The notes under the pieces are model-generated. The model had not been told where the DNA came from. It did not search any database and worked only from the letters and a program-made list of their open reading frames with translations. A stretch of 64,000 bases of DNA. It comes from Octopus sinensis. Its lineage: Eukaryota. The stretch lies in assembly GCF_006345805.1 (NCBI RefSeq), contig NC_042999.1:30070001-30134000 (forward strand). The letters run 5' to 3'. A program made the position numbers and the translations under genes. Shown piece after piece: positions 1 to 13,964 of the stretch (positions are counted from its first letter, which is position 1; each line of letters opens with the position of its first letter).

Positions 1-126
1 GCGCACATATGTTTGTGATGCATGTGCCTGGTGTACCTTTATCAGACGGGTAGTCATGATGGGTATATTGGGCTTCGTATATTTTACCCCAGTGTCAATT
101 TGATGGCATGAACTGATCTCTCACTC
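1..126 (+). repeat. 3' end of an (AAT)n-tailed non-coding interspersed repeat (same family as 52298-52821)
   Basis: gcgcacatatg..tgtgatgcatgtgcctggtgtacc...tttgatggcatg...ctcactc followed by (AAT)n. Closely matches the 3' end of 52298-52821. Confidence 0.85.
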
Positions 127-142
127 AATAATAATAATAATG

Positions 143-178
<36 letters not shown>

Positions 179-204
179 GTAATAACACCAACAACAATAA
201 TAAT

Positions 205-800
205 TTTGTTTTACAGTATATGTTTATGTGTTGTGTTTCAAAGGGAATCAATTGTTGCTACATCAACTGGAGCAAGTAAAATGTTTTGTTTTCTGGGAAA
301 AGTAAACGACATAACGTCTCCCCATATATATTCAGCATCTTCATTAGGAGAAGTATGATTCCACATTTGCAGCATTTGCGATATTCCACTACAATTCTAC
401 CTGTTCTCGTGATACTATATATGCATGTAGTATCCGAGCCGAAAAATCTGCTCTTCATTTATTGCTTTGTCGTCATTTGCATAGATTTGCTGCCGCTATA
501 ATTCAATTTTAACGAAACCGCACGTTGCTTAATTTCATTTGGTAAGAAAACACCTTCTCTTCTGAGAACATAAGCACTTTTACTAGCATGGCTCTTCAGC
601 CAATAACACAGCAAAAAATGTATTCCAGTTTCTTATCTTTTATGATATTTTTTCACACTGCAATTCTTTGCTCAACAAATTTTATTATCGCTTCATGTTA
701 TCGTTTTACACTTCTGCAATGTCTGAACTTCCAGTTTTATCATTTGATATCTTAACAACTTCCCATAGCAAGAAATAAAAACGATTTTTCTATATAAATG
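205..800 (-). mobile_element. possible highly decayed hAT transposase C-terminal remnant
   Basis: Minus-strand frames give LCRLLFPENKT / LLAPVDVATIDSL, resembling the hAT dimerisation motif FPNL...LTLPVTVA.AERSF. Frameshifted and weak. Confidence 0.25.
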
Positions 801-1318
801 AAAAGTGGCTGTGTTTTCCTCTTTGACAGATATCAAAATTTATATTTTATTCCCTCATAGAAATAGTTATATTTTATTTACTAATATAAACAGTTCTTCC
901 AAACTTAAATAACAATTGCTTAAAACAACTATTAGGAATGGCAAATTTTGCATAACATTGTTTAGTCTGTCGTCACCAATTTTATCAATGAGTCAAACGA
1001 AAGCAAGAAACAACGACCAGCTCTAAATCATACAGGTAAACCAGAAGTGAACAAAATACATGAAATAAGAGAAAATGTAAAATAAAATAACGTTAAAAAT
1101 CGTAAGTGCTCTGTATCTACGAAATCAAAAACAAGAATCAAAATCAAAATAAACATCAGTACATAAGAATGTTGTACACGCATACATACATGCATATTGA
1201 CACACATATACTAGCAAACACAAATATGTTTATATGTCAAATTATATATGAAGATTGTTTAATATCTAACTGGATTATTATTCAATAAGTTTAGTAAAGT
1301 ACACATCTATTACACAAG

Positions 1319-1637
<319 letters not shown>

Positions 1638-2510
1638 GTGTAGGCGGTGCCCCAGCAAGGCTGCAAATCAATTACGAAAACAAATACGAAGCATGCAAAA
1701 GATCACATTAAAAATCACGAAATTTGTTCAGTTTGAAAGCAATAGTTTTGAAAAAGAAAAGAAGACGAGACGGAAATATTTACTTGATGTTAAACGCCTC
1801 GGCTTCCACGATAGAAGACACAAACACTCAAACATGCTTGCACACATATACATTTATACACGCATGTGCGCGATCAAAAGAGCAACACACACACACATTC
1901 AGCTACACAGATATACCAATTGAATAGTGTAGCAAATGTTCATCTGAATGTGATTTCATTTTATTTTTGATGGATGAGAACAAGGATGGAACGCAATACA
2001 CGTTTCACTAAACTAACACCGTATTAACCACTACATTAATCAATAATGCGTGTTCTTTGCTTGACAGAAGAGGGTTTGACTTTCAAGCGTAGTAGCTGCT
2101 ATGTTTGCTGATTTACTCGAACATATAGATATCAATTTGTTTATTCAAAATAAAAGAAATAAATTTAGTGTTTCAAGTGAAAGTTTTTGGTAAACAGATT
2201 TTTCGGGTACTATTTCGTACGCTTCCTGGTTTCAGACATTGAATTGCAGTTACGATGCGTAGAAAGATAAGTAGGTTTAACCTAACAATACAACTTGCGA
2301 TTAATATCATATTTTACGTATAATATATTTATCAGTAAGAATGTTTTTACCGATCATTTCTGCTTTATGATCGCAAGCAATCCAAACTTGATTGAAATGC
2401 ACTGCCCCAAAATATGAAGTTATATTATACATGTATACACACACGGACAACACACACACATACACACACACACACACCACACACACACATATATATATAT
2501 GTACCTACAT

Positions 2511-2820
2511 ATCACCGTGATCACCGTGACCGACCAAGCTATCAGATGTTGCTACACATCGCTTGTCAAAATGTGCTTCGCAGTGTTTTAGACTTCAAAT
2601 GACGCCACCCGGTGGCTAAGCGAGCAGGCCAACAGAAGAAAGAGTGAGAGAAAATTGTGGCGAAAGAGTACAGCAGGGATGGCCATCCCCACCCCTGCCG
2701 GAGCCTCTTGGAGATTTAGGTGTTTTCGCTCAATAAACACACACAACGTCCGGTCTGGGAATCGAAACCGCGATCCCACAACCGCGAGTTCACTGCCCTA
2801 ACCACTGGGCCATTGCGCCA
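2511..2820 (-). mobile_element. tRNA-derived SINE, family A with tail type 1 (possibly OR1/OR2-like octopus SINE; name not verified)
   Basis: Reverse complement begins ggcgcaatggcccagtggttagggcag (A box) ... gtttcgattccc (B box) and ends ggtcacggtgatcacggtgat. Colinear with 54304-54609. Confidence 0.9.
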
Positions 2821-3069
2821 TTGTACCTACATATATATATGTATATATACCTGCTTATATATGTTCAGGACATTAAAAAACGTAGACATTGATAAACGAG
2901 AACATAAAAAAACAAAACATAGTAAACAAACTTCTGGCAGCATTGTTATTATCTCAATTTCAAGCAGTAATTGTGGAATGTCTAGCTTTTCTTATTCTAC
3001 GTCTGGGATTATTCCGTTACAGAAAAGATATTTTCCTTCCAACATGATTTTGACTGTTGATTTTTGACC

Positions 3070-3900
3070 GTGGGATCTTGTTTTCTTTCACTGCGCTTAT
3101 TTTAGTTCTAGTTCAACAAGGTCTCAACTATCATCTCACATAGAATGGTGCATTACGTCAATAACCTCTTTAGCTTGGTGCATTTCTCCTTGCTTGCATT
3201 TACCGTATTTTTACCGAGCTGCTTCAGATCCCTGATCATCCACCTGATGGTGCTGAGGATTAAATTGCTGAGGGTACTACCAGTGTGTTGTTGGCTTCAA
3301 ATTTGTTAGAATCATTCAGGTCTATTCTGAGTATCAATCTGACTTCTACATAAATTTCTCTCCTAATATTTTTCCTTCATTCAGATGTATTGTGTGCAAT
3401 TACTTTCATTTATAGGAAGGTATATATAGGTGCCATCAGGTTCTAATTCCTTTATGACTTTACTGATCAATTTCTCCACATCTGAACATAACTTTTATCC
3501 ACTTTTCAAGGTTAATACCCATAAAAATAATTTCATCGGTGACGGTTATCACCATGTTGAAGTGTTCTGTTTCTTGGCTGACTTTTTCAGCAAAGTTGTT
3601 GAAATCGCCAATATAAAATAGTTGCTTCGGTTTCTTCGTCACTGTTTGATGACTATAGCATTAAGTACAATGCAGAATACTTCTCTTGATCTAGTTTAAT
3701 TTTTCATAGCATATGTGGAGGGTACGTTCATCCGAGTTCTGATGAAGTTAGAGATTTGTGGACGGATCACATACATTTCAATATTCTCTGCAACCCAGGT
3801 ATGGAGAACACTGTCAAGAGGTTTCTTGTAGTCCTCCCTATGCTGTGCAAATGTGCGCTCTTATAAGCGTCAGTTCTTTCAATAGGGTTTGTAGATTAGC
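3070..3900 (-). mobile_element. old R4/Dong-like non-LTR retrotransposon RT fragment
   Basis: Frameshifted minus-strand peptides DYKKPLDSVLHTW, MGINLEKWIKVMFRCG, IKELEPDGTYIYL and RLILRIDLNDSNKFEANNTLVVP align by eye with the 30513-31937 RT (DYKKAFDSIHHTW, MKFGLEKCAKV, IKELDQSQTYKYL, SILKTELNAKNKVIGINTLAVP). Confidence 0.75.
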
Positions 3901-4054
3901 TGTTGATCCCTGCATGTATAGCCTTCTTTTCGGCACTGTTTTTGTTCACTTCTATATTTAAGAGATAAGGATTTATGTGCATTATTTACATTATTTAAAT
4001 TGTTTACATTCAACAGATTTTTGTCTTCACCTTGTCTTCACGTTTCGATGATAT

Positions 4055-4235
4055 ACACCCCAGCCTCCTTCAAATCAGACCCCAAGATTCCGAGTTCGAT
4101 TCCAAGCAGTGACTTGAACGACAACAACAACAACAACAGCAACGACAACGACAACAACAGCAACAGCAGCAACAACAAAGATAATAATACTTATACCATC
4201 GAAAAATGACTTAGGGATGAGAAACATAGTTCGTG
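4055..4235 (+). mobile_element. SINE-like fragment with B-box and internal (AAC)n
   Basis: ccgagttcgattcca (B-box-like) followed by an (AAC/AGC)n tract. Confidence 0.4.
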
Positions 4236-4862
4236 TCTGCAAATTTAGACGTGAGGATCTTCTATATGGTGGGAAGGTAGGTAATTTTAAGCCTGTGAAA
4301 ATTTTAGCTTGTAGTCTCCCCGGCCTCAGGGAGGAGGTAGGTTATTCCTTCTAGGAGGGGAATATGGGCCTTTCAATATGCTATTAAATGTCAAAGCAAA
4401 GAACTTACGTGTGTTAACTAGATTCTTAATACAAATTTCTCAGTTCATTGCACCCCACTAGTTTACATTTGCCTGTATCACTGATAGCGTATATACTTTC
4501 TTATAGTTGCATATCTATCCAGAGTTAGGCTTCATCTTCCATATTAAGGTTTTACTTCTTTCTGGAATCAATTTGTTCTTATTATGGATTTTCATCTGCA
4601 CCAAATACTGCTCTTGAGATTTTCCAGTCCATGGTTGGCTTAAATCTATTTCCTCGTTCTGAAAATTTGTGAGTAACTACTTAGCACATTCTTTGAAAAT
4701 CTTGTGTTTAATAGAATTGGATATTTTATCAAAGGCCTGATCCTTTCTGCTTTGCGTCTTTTAGACACTTTCTTTCTTTTGCCATTTAGAGTTGACTTCT
4801 TTTAATGTTTCATTGTTAACAGTCGTTTTCATTGTGCAGGTTTTCATATTTACCTTTCCTAG

Positions 4863-4933
<71 letters not shown>

Positions 4934-5204
4934 TTAAGAAGGTCACTTAAGGTTTTTTTAAAGTTGAATGAAACATTCACGTTTCCAGATTTATTTAATA
5001 CTACTATTACTAATACCACCACCACCACCACCATCACTACTACTACTGCTGCTGTTACTGCTGCGGTTGCTACTTCTACTAGTACTACTACTGCTACTAC
5101 TACTGAGAAGGTCACTCATTAAACTTTGTTCAAATATGAACGAAACATAGACGTTTACAGATTTATTTAATATTTTCCCTCCCTGCCACTGCCTCGTATC
5201 GTTT

Positions 5205-7100
5205 TTAATCAGTCCACATCGATGCTTTTGCCTGACATGAGATTAAGACGGTGACATCATCCAGGCATGCCGACACTGTTCTCCGACATCGTGCGGGAAA
5301 GCCTTTCAACGCCTCTAATTCCCTCACTCTTGGCCCCGAGACAGTACACATACAAGACACGAGATGGGGAAACCTTGACGCATGAAGCGCTTGATGCTGT
5401 GTTGTTCCGATAGGCATCCATTAACCTGAACAACCTAGCAGCCCTAAAAACGGCTGCCAAATACTGGTGTTCGGCATTATCGAAGGCTTTTGATTGATCC
5501 CGATTGGTTATGACCCCGCGCATGCCAGCTTCTTTACCCACCCTGTCTATGAAGTATCGCATGGAGTGGAGAGAGTGTAGATAGACCCTTTCGGGTTCGC
5601 ACATTTTTGCGCAGCACGAAACAACTCAGGATGATAAGCGCCATCATTTCCACCAACGCCTTGGCCAAAAGATTGGAATCTGCGTTCAGCAGCCTTTTGG
5701 ACTGAAACTTTCTATTTGATCACCCTTGCTTCGTGACCCTACTTTTGGGACCTATGTTTTGGGACCCTTGTTTTTACCCTTTCTCATAAGTGTCACCACT
5801 TTTCGACTCAATGAGCTACGTAATCTGACGCTCTGCTGCCGCTAGGGTTGCTATCTGCAAAGAGGCCGCCAAATAGTCTGGCATATAACAGTAAAACTCG
5901 GAGTACAACTAATCCAAAGTGATTTTCTCCCTTTGCAGTGCGTCATAAATCCCGTATTTCCACAGCTGTAATTGACCTTCCTCAAAACCCCGCCTCATTT
6001 AACTTGTGACATGCTATCTAGGTAGGCTCTGAAATTTATCCAGCAATTCAGACTGATATTCTCCCCACAGTGTTGAGCGAAGTGCTGCATAAATACTAAA
6101 CACATCTGCTCGGGATCGAGTATGATGAGCTATTGTGGTCTACCAAATACCTAACTATGGATCAGTTACCAAGTTGCGTCTCTGTCACTTGAGATGATGG
6201 AGTGGGTTTCCCTCTTTCTTTACTTAGTGTACACACATGAGCTAGCTTTGACAGTACATCATTGTTTGAAGAATTGCTGCAGTACCAATCCCACTGCGAC
6301 CTCGCCAGTTGCAATGCCTTTTCCAAGCGTCTCACCTAAGATTCTAAATTTATTGTTTGTCTGCTGCTAATGCACTATCAAATTCATTCGATTCTACTCT
6401 AATTGTACATATTCTTGTCAAAGTTCAAACCGCTATTTGATTTTGAAGATTGACTCCGTCAACGTTTCCTTAAATAATTTTCTAAATCGAACACAGTAAG
6501 CTTGGCCCTCTGAATTGCACTTTCAGCTTCTGGTTCCCTTGTCCCTACTAACAAAACCTATCTAGGTCGAGTGTGCAGATCACAAATTTGTGATATATGT
6601 TGCCAACGGTTTTGAAAAGTGAACGATTTATTTTATCCTTATATACTGGGCTATAGATTACTCTATCTAGATAAAACCTAAATAACAGGATGCGTTTGGC
6701 CATGTATATGTTTGAATTTGTAAGATATGACAAGGATGAAGCAACGTAAATTAACGTATCATATATTGTAACCAGTATCGACTCAATAATATCCGCTTCT
6801 ATTATTTGTTGTTGCTTTCTGTTTGCTTAGGGCTCTGTGCAGAAGTAGTTCTATTAAATGTGTACCGATTATGTTTTCTATCATGGATGACGATTATTAA
6901 GTTGTTCTCAGTACACATTCTAAAATATTTCCTTGCAACTGTGTTTTTATTATGCCGTGCCATTAGCACTTGAATATATATTAAGATCTCATCCGGCACC
7001 AAGTCACCAAATGTTATAGCTGTACAGACCACCTGCCTAGAATTATTCACGAATATGCCTACAGGACACTGGTCAACATACTCACAAATGTCTCTGACCG
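5205..7100 (-). mobile_element. decayed L1/Tx1-like LINE ORF2 (APE remnant, linker and RT)
   Basis: ORF track and other frames: SMRYFIDRVGKEAGMRGVITNRDQSKAFDNAEHQYLAAV (RT domain 3), VSACLDDVTVLIS (YADD equivalent), ILDPEQMCLVFMQHFAQ (linker), LDLDR (APE-like). The part above ~6450 is less certain. Confidence 0.75.
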
Positions 7101-7699
7101 ACAAAATTGTTTCCCGTTTCGAAACGCCCCGGGAATTATTTTATTCTTAGGTGTATCAAATAGGATATATTCGAGTTCCAAACATCACTGCGTAACTCTG
7201 CTTTTAAGCTTTGATATATGGCGCTATATAATCTACGTTTCGTAATGAAGAGCCTATTTATTTCTCACACGCCAAACTGTAATTACAAGTCGGGTGGATA
7301 TTATAGGATATTTAATCTTGATAAGACAGAGAATATTTTCTTTCTCTCAAATGCACTTTCATTGGAGAAAGCTGGCTTTAGTTTCGCTTAGATAATGTTG
7401 TTTATCGTCCGAGCAGTAAAAAAGATGTATATTTAAGTTATGTTTTTTTCAAAAACACAGGGAGAAAATAATCAAATTTGTTTCTCTCTTATTGAATAGA
7501 ACACGAACATACTTGCACGTTATGTTGTTTCTGTATATGATGTAATTCAAATACATATATTTTCTATTCATTCATACTTGGATTTGCTTTGCACGATTCT
7601 TTATGTGAGTTCGTGTGTCTGGAGAGAGTCAATCTCTCTTACTTCTTTATCATTTAACACACTCACCGGTAAAATTTCCACTCGTTTACTTTTCTGTTT

Positions 7700-7752
7700 T
7701 GTTCGTTCTTACTTGTATCAGTCATTTGACTGCGGCCAGCCTGGAGCACCGC
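7700..7752 (-). mobile_element. 3' tail fragment of SINE family B
   Basis: Reverse complement gcggtgctccaggctggccgcagtcaaatgactgatacaagtaaga matches the tail of 9225-9622. Confidence 0.7.
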
Positions 7753-8851
7753 ATTTATTGATTTTCTACAGTTTTCGTTGCATCTTGCAACCTTTTCAAT
7801 TGTTGTTGACTCTGTCCCTTATTCACGCTGCGTTCTTTTTGTTTGTGCGCATGTGTGTGAGTTAGTGTGTGCGCATTCATATGTATGTATGCATGTAAGT
7901 GTATGTATGCATCTATTTATGTGTGTGTACGCGTATGTATATATGTATGTATGTGTATATGTTTATATGTATGTATTCTGTATATTAATGTGTTTGGGTG
8001 TTTGTGTGTTTGTGTGTTTGTTTGCGTGTGTGTGTATGTTTGCATATGTGTGTGTAATTCTGTCTCCTTGTGTGTGCATGTAAGAGTGTGTCTGTGTGTA
8101 TATGGCTTGTTGCGACTGTGTACTATGCGTATAGATGTGTATCTCCATATTTGTGGACGTGTGTCTTTATATGTGTCCTTGCGTGAATTAACATGTGTAT
8201 GTAAATGTCAATGTGTTTAAATCTTCATTTGCGTGTGTGTGTGTGCTTGTGTGCTTGTCTCTTCATATTACCTATGTACCTATCCGTCTGTATGTCTATC
8301 TGTTTACTTTCATATATATTTGCCTACATACATATGCTTATACATATACATATATACACGAGCATTATTAATATTTTGCGTTTAAATTTAAGCATTATTT
8401 TTGTTTGTCTATTCCGTCTGAAATGAATTTGAGCATTTACATTCTTTCCTTTTATGGGCGTGACATGAAGTATTCATGCCTATTTTTTTTTCTTTTATGT
8501 GACAGAATAAGAATCACAACATTTTGTCAAAGCAAAAGCCCACCCTTCATTTTATTCTTTTATAAGCCCCGCAAGGACAAACTTTAATCTGTAATGACAC
8601 TAATGAGTTATTTTCCTGATATTTTTCATGATATTTCTATTCTAATTCTTTTTTCTGCTGCAGTTATTTATACTGTTGCGCGTATTGAAAATATGGCAGT
8701 TCCTCTTGTCCACGATTATAACAACTGTAAGAAGAGTAGTCTCATACTGATCGTAGAGGCGATGTAATTTGTGGCAGTATTTTTACAAGTTCTGGGTAAC
8801 ATTAATCAGTTAAATCTATAATAATCTACGAACTATCTACAAATAATATGA

Positions 8852-9030
8852 TACGAGGTCCGTTCATTAAAAATTTCCTCTGATCCACCTCCGGTTATTA
8901 CAGGAACTGGAAGTTGTACTGTTGCAATGACATATATCTCACATTTCAAAGTACTGTATTCCTCTAATATTTGTGTATTTCAGTCCTTGGAAAGTGGGTT
9001 AAGGGAAATATTTAATGAACACTCCACGTA
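8852..9030. mobile_element. mariner-type MITE, about 175 bp, TA target
   Basis: Left end TAcgaggtccgttcattaaaaatttcc; right end reverse complement TAcgtggagtgttcattaaatatttcc. Imperfect ~25-bp TIRs bounded by TA. Confidence 0.75.
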
Positions 9031-9224
9031 TATCAAAAACTAACGTAAAATATATAGTTGCAAGGATTCAGATAATCTCTAAGAAATCCATAATAATCTT
9101 TCAAAAACGAGAGGAAGTGATCTGAAGACGATTTCACTGCCATATTAGGTGGCCAAACCTGTATCAGACCCACCATGTGAGTACAAAAACGGCATATTGC
9201 TAAAATTATTGGGAACAAATAAAA

Positions 9225-9622
9225 TGGCTGTGTGGTAAGTAGCTAACCTACCAACCACATGGTTCTGGGTTCAGCCCCACTGCGTGGCATCTTGGGCAAG
9301 TGTCTTCTGCTATAGCCTCGGGCCGACCAATGTCTTGTGAGTGGATTTGGTAGACGGAAACTGAAAGACGCCTGTTGTATATATGTATGTATGTGTATGT
9401 ATATGTTTGTGTGTCTGTGTTTGTCCCTCTAGCATTGCTTGACAACCGATGCTGGTGTGTTTACGTCCCCGTCACTTAGCAGTTCGGCAAAAGAGACCGA
9501 TAGAATAAGTACTGGGCTTACAAAGAATAAGTCCCGGGGTCGATTCGCTCGACTAAAGGCGGTGCTCCAGCATGGCCGCAGTCAAATGACTGAAACAAGT
9601 AAAAGAGTAAAAGAGTAAAGAG
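9225..9622 (+). mobile_element. tRNA-derived SINE, family B, full length
   Basis: tggctgtgtggtaag...ggttctgggttcagccccac head, internal (TA/TG) tract, tail ending gactgaaacaagtaaaagagtaaaagag. Confidence 0.9.
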
Positions 9623-9662
9623 TATGTGTATTTATATATAATAACGCATGCGTTTATGTATG

Positions 9663-9785
<123 letters not shown>

Positions 9786-10059
9786 ATATATGGAAAAATG
9801 TGAAGGTAGTAAATGCTAAAATAATTTTATAAAAAAAACATTTCAATACCGGTTTTAGTCATTGAGACTTTTTTCCACTGTAATTATGGAAGACAATTAA
9901 ATTTGGGAAAAAATTAAAAGAAAAGATTTTTTTTAAAGAATATTTTCATAGTATTCAAATACAAGAGGCATTTTCTTTGTTTGTCACAGTCTCTGTCTCT
10001 CTTGTTTACCCTTGCGGATTCAACGTCGTTGTGAATTCTTGGCAGGGAAAGAGGATCAG

Positions 10060-10190
10060 CAGCAGCAGCAGCAGCAGAAGAAGAAGAAGAAGAAGAAGAA
10101 GAAGAAGAAGAAGAAGAAGAAGAAGAAGAAGAAGAAGAAGACGAAGAAGAAGAAGAAGAAGAAGAAGAAGAAGAAGAGGAGGAGGAGGAG
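10060..10190. repeat. (CAG)/(GAA)/(GAG) compound microsatellite
   Basis: Direct reading. Confidence 0.95.
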
Positions 10191-10599
10191 GAATACGAGA
10201 GTGCCATGTAAGTAGTAGAATGTTAAATGGCCAAGTGCCCGGAAAGTGATTTGTTGTGGATGGTAGTAGTGACTGAATTCTTGAGACATCTCTTTAGAAT
10301 GTATTGTTTATAAAATTTGCGTAGGTTTTATTCTAAACAGCAATAGTACAAAAGTTAGGAAGGAGGTAGTGGAGAGTAAGAAGACGAAGAAGAAGGAGAC
10401 AGAGAAGGGAGAATAATAGAGGAATGAAGGCTGTATAATTCTAGTAGGATGTTGAATGGTCAAGTGACGTAAAAGTGACTCGTTATGGATTATTGCAGTG
10501 ATCGGGACTATTTTCATGAATTCTTGGGAATCTCTTGAGTGTATCGTTTTTAATATTTGCGGATGTGTTCGTGTTATTCTAAGGCTGTGGTTGATATGT

Positions 10600-11110
10600 C
10601 GTTTGTTCTAGATGCATTCAAAAGGGGTCTGTATTTTGTAATAAAGAGAACCGCTTTACTATTCCATCGGCTACAGGTTGTATGGTCCCTGAATTGGTAG
10701 AGGGGGAATTTTTTGAAGCTTGCGTATTTGTTATTGGCGCAAATGTCGATGTGTTGGTTGAATGCTATTTTTTTCTGTTTTGGGGAATTTTGATCTGGGA
10801 TCTCTGCAAATCCATTCTTTTACGTAGACTGTTTTCGTTCGGCCTACGTATTGCTCTTGACACCCAGAGCAGCTTAGTGCGTATATCAGGTTCTCTGAAG
10901 AACATGTGAAACTGCTTTTCACTGTGAATTGTTGTCTCTGTTTGAAGATGAACCCTGATCCCTCAATTAATTTAACGCATATCCCATAGCTGAGTGTTCC
11001 GCATTTATTTTACTGACGACTTCTGTGTTGTTGAGCGTATTCAAGCTTCTTTTAGGAGAACTTTTCATAGATTTAGGTTGTCTCTTGCTTATGATGGCGT
11101 GTGTTTGGAG
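10600..11110 (-). mobile_element. Penelope-like element 3' fragment (GIY-YIG endonuclease)
   Basis: Minus frames: KRQPKS, KCGTLSYGICVKLIEGSGFIFKQRQQFTVKSSFTCSSENLIYALSCSGCQEQYVGRTK, ...KYRPLLNA. This is a PLE-type IY-x-CxxC-x-YVG GIY-YIG domain. Confidence 0.8.
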
Positions 11111-11129
11111 GATTAAGTTCACTCTGTGG

Positions 11130-11730
11130 TACTCGCAAGGCAGGTAGACTCAGCATTAGCCCGGACATGACTGTTGTACTGTTCCAGCCTGTACCAGGAA
11201 ATCCATACGCGGAACCAGTTATGTTGGTTGAAGGAACATTTCTGAAAGTGGAGACAAGTTAGTCTACCTGGGCCGCACACTGAGCTGTTCTTGCTTTCTG
11301 GATGCTGAAGTATCTTTCAGGCCGCAGACAGCAACTGATTCCTACCGGTTTCTTCAGCAGTTGATATATAGGGTACTTGTGAATGGAAAGATGCCCCGGA
11401 AGAAACCAAGGCTACGATTTAAGGACTGTGCCAAGTCTTCATTAAAGGCTTGTGATATGCAGGAGACTGACTGGTAGAGCAATACTTGTCATTGTCACAT
11501 ATGGAGGAAGCAGGTTTTGGAGGGATTCGATAATTTTGGGAGAGCATATATTTTGCAGGAAGAACTAACGCGTGCTGCTCGAAAGCGCACTGCTGGTGTA
11601 GTGAATGGGGAAAGCTTGTTTTGCAATATTTGCAGTCGTGTATGGTTGTAAAGAGCAGAGCTCCTTAGCCAACAACGGAGACCCAAATGCAAAATAAAAT
11701 GGCTTTCCTCGATCACGAGTGGACGGCCAT
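11130..11730 (+). mobile_element. RTE (BovB-like) LINE 3' fragment, internally deleted
   Basis: TVVLFQPVPGNPYAEP..DKLVYLGRTLS..KPRLRFKDCAKSSLKAC..LFCNICSRV, typical of the RTE ORF C-terminus. Confidence 0.75.
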
Positions 11731-11989
11731 ATTGTATGTATATATGTATATATATATATGTCTGTATGAGTGTATGAGTGTATGAATGTATGTATGTATG
11801 TATCTATCTATCTATCCACCTACGGTGGTCGTTTACCCCTTACGCAGAGTTTGACCATATCCTGTACCTACACCTTAGATACATTGGGGCGTCTGATATG
11901 GACCCTTAAATCTGGCAATATATTGAAAGGACACCCATGTAGATTGCATATCTGATTTGGACGACAAAGAACTGAAGCTAAGTTCCTAT

Positions 11990-12390
11990 TTTAGGGAACT
12001 TAAAATGTCTTTTGAGACCTCGGTTCGATTTGCAGAATTTACGGAATGCACGGCATTGAAAGGTGTTCATGGTTGTATAAGCAGAATAATCGTTGGGTGG
12101 GATTTTGTGTTTCATGGGTGTGCATATGAGATTTGAGCTGAAAAAAGAAAGGCATGATCTTTCAAACACTGTGAAACATAAATATGACATTGAGATTCAC
12201 AATCTCCATCTATCAATTATTTTTGAATCTCTCTCGAGTCCTGCATATATTATCATTGCCTCCTCAAACGCTTTCACTCTACTCCACACTATTGCAAGCC
12301 ATCCAGATCGATACGAAGCAACGGTTTCTATGACCTTTGGAATCATTCCAATTGACTTCATACCGTCCTTAAACCTATTTTCAGGTTTGT
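11990..12390 (-). mobile_element. RTE LINE 3' fragment
   Basis: [35 protein letters not shown] and FQCRAFRKFCKSNRGLKRH (terminal zinc-finger-like motif). Confidence 0.65.
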
Positions 12391-12398
12391 TTTTGTGC

Positions 12399-12691
<293 letters not shown>

Positions 12692-13612
12692 TAGGCAAAT
12701 GGGAATAAAAATCATTATGTATCCATTTGTTTCTATATATGGGATAATCTATATATGCATGCGTAAACCCTGCACGTATTCATAATAAATCAGTATTGAG
12801 GTACGCGTCTGCATGAGCAAGATATTCATGGGTGTCACGTTAAGAGAACTTGTGTGGATGTAAATATATGCATATGCATGTAAGCGCACGCGCATTTATG
12901 TGTGTGTTTACATCGCGGCGCGCATAAAAACTTCTGTGTATTTGTGGACACGTAAAATATATTATATGCATGCATATACACTGAACCTTCACACATTCAC
13001 TCACTCGTATATATATATATATATATATATATTACGTAGTTATATGTGTATTGTTTCTGGGCGACGTACAGTCTATGTTCCCGTGGCAGACCACTCTTTT
13101 ACACACGTATTTATTGTTTCAAGAATAAGAAATATTATCTGCAATCACTGAAATTACAGAAATCAATCACAAAGATGCAGTTATGTCTTGAAAGAATTAT
13201 TGATATATTGGGCGTTAAGCGGTCTGTTTTCAAGGAACCATAGAATAAAATTGCCTATGCAAGAATTAAATTAGCACAAAAGGATTCGATGAAATGGGTG
13301 TGAGCACAGAGAGGGGATTATCTGAAAATAACAGATGTGGGTTTCTATGAAAAAAGAAGATATATTGTCCAACAAATTTAATGCATGAATTAATGAATCC
13401 TTAAATTCTTTGTTTTAGTGTAAGATATCTCGTATTTGCATTGTGGAGAAAAAATAATATAGAGGAAAGATACGTTGTACTCGAATATTTAAACATTCAT
13501 GAACAACAAAGTTAAACTGAAAGACAATGAAAATTTTATGAATGGGTAATGATGGCTAATATTTCTAATAAACACTCACTCACACAGAGGCATACATATG
13601 TGTAGGTGTGTA

Positions 13613-13643
<31 letters not shown>

Positions 13644-13863
13644 TAATCAATTTAGGGTAGCAAAAATTCAGTAAAAATTTATCGCTACCAGCGGCCTAAT
13701 GGAAAAGAGAAAATAGTTAAAGACTAAATATGTATAAATATAACAATTTAGGAATGGCCTAAAACAGGCCATTCGTCCACCAGAAAGAGCAGCCATAACT
13801 CCAACCGCCAAGTAGTGTAATTCGGAAATAAGGTGAAAATTTAAAAACATTTACCCTAATTCA

Positions 13864-13964
13864 TCTTTTATACGATGCATCGTTTCAGTGTCTTTAATGA
13901 TAGACCAGCTTAATTAAATTAAATTAAGCTAGTCTACCATAGGTCACACTTCATCAGTAAAAGA
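13864..13964 (-). ncRNA. type I hammerhead ribozyme, copy 1
   Basis: Exact reverse complement of 14877-14977. Confidence 0.88.

Noticed and set aside
3739-3760. CTGATGA word
   Set aside because: No downstream GAAA or stems; lies antisense within a Dong RT remnant.
9033-9218. VWPPN...YLNPCNY resembling mariner WPPNSPDLNP
   Set aside because: The motif halves are separated by about 22 unrelated residues and no other transposase signal is present.
10893-10915. CTGAAGA-acatgt-GAAA hammerhead-like words
   Set aside because: No stem I or III and no NUH site. It is the antisense of the PLE SFTCSSE codons.
13668-13850. 60-codon ORF (MFLNFHLISELHY...) repeated in each ribozyme unit
   Set aside because: The plus-strand copy near 15125 lacks one T (frameshift), the last copy is truncated and there is no recognisable domain. 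It is a by-product of the repeat.
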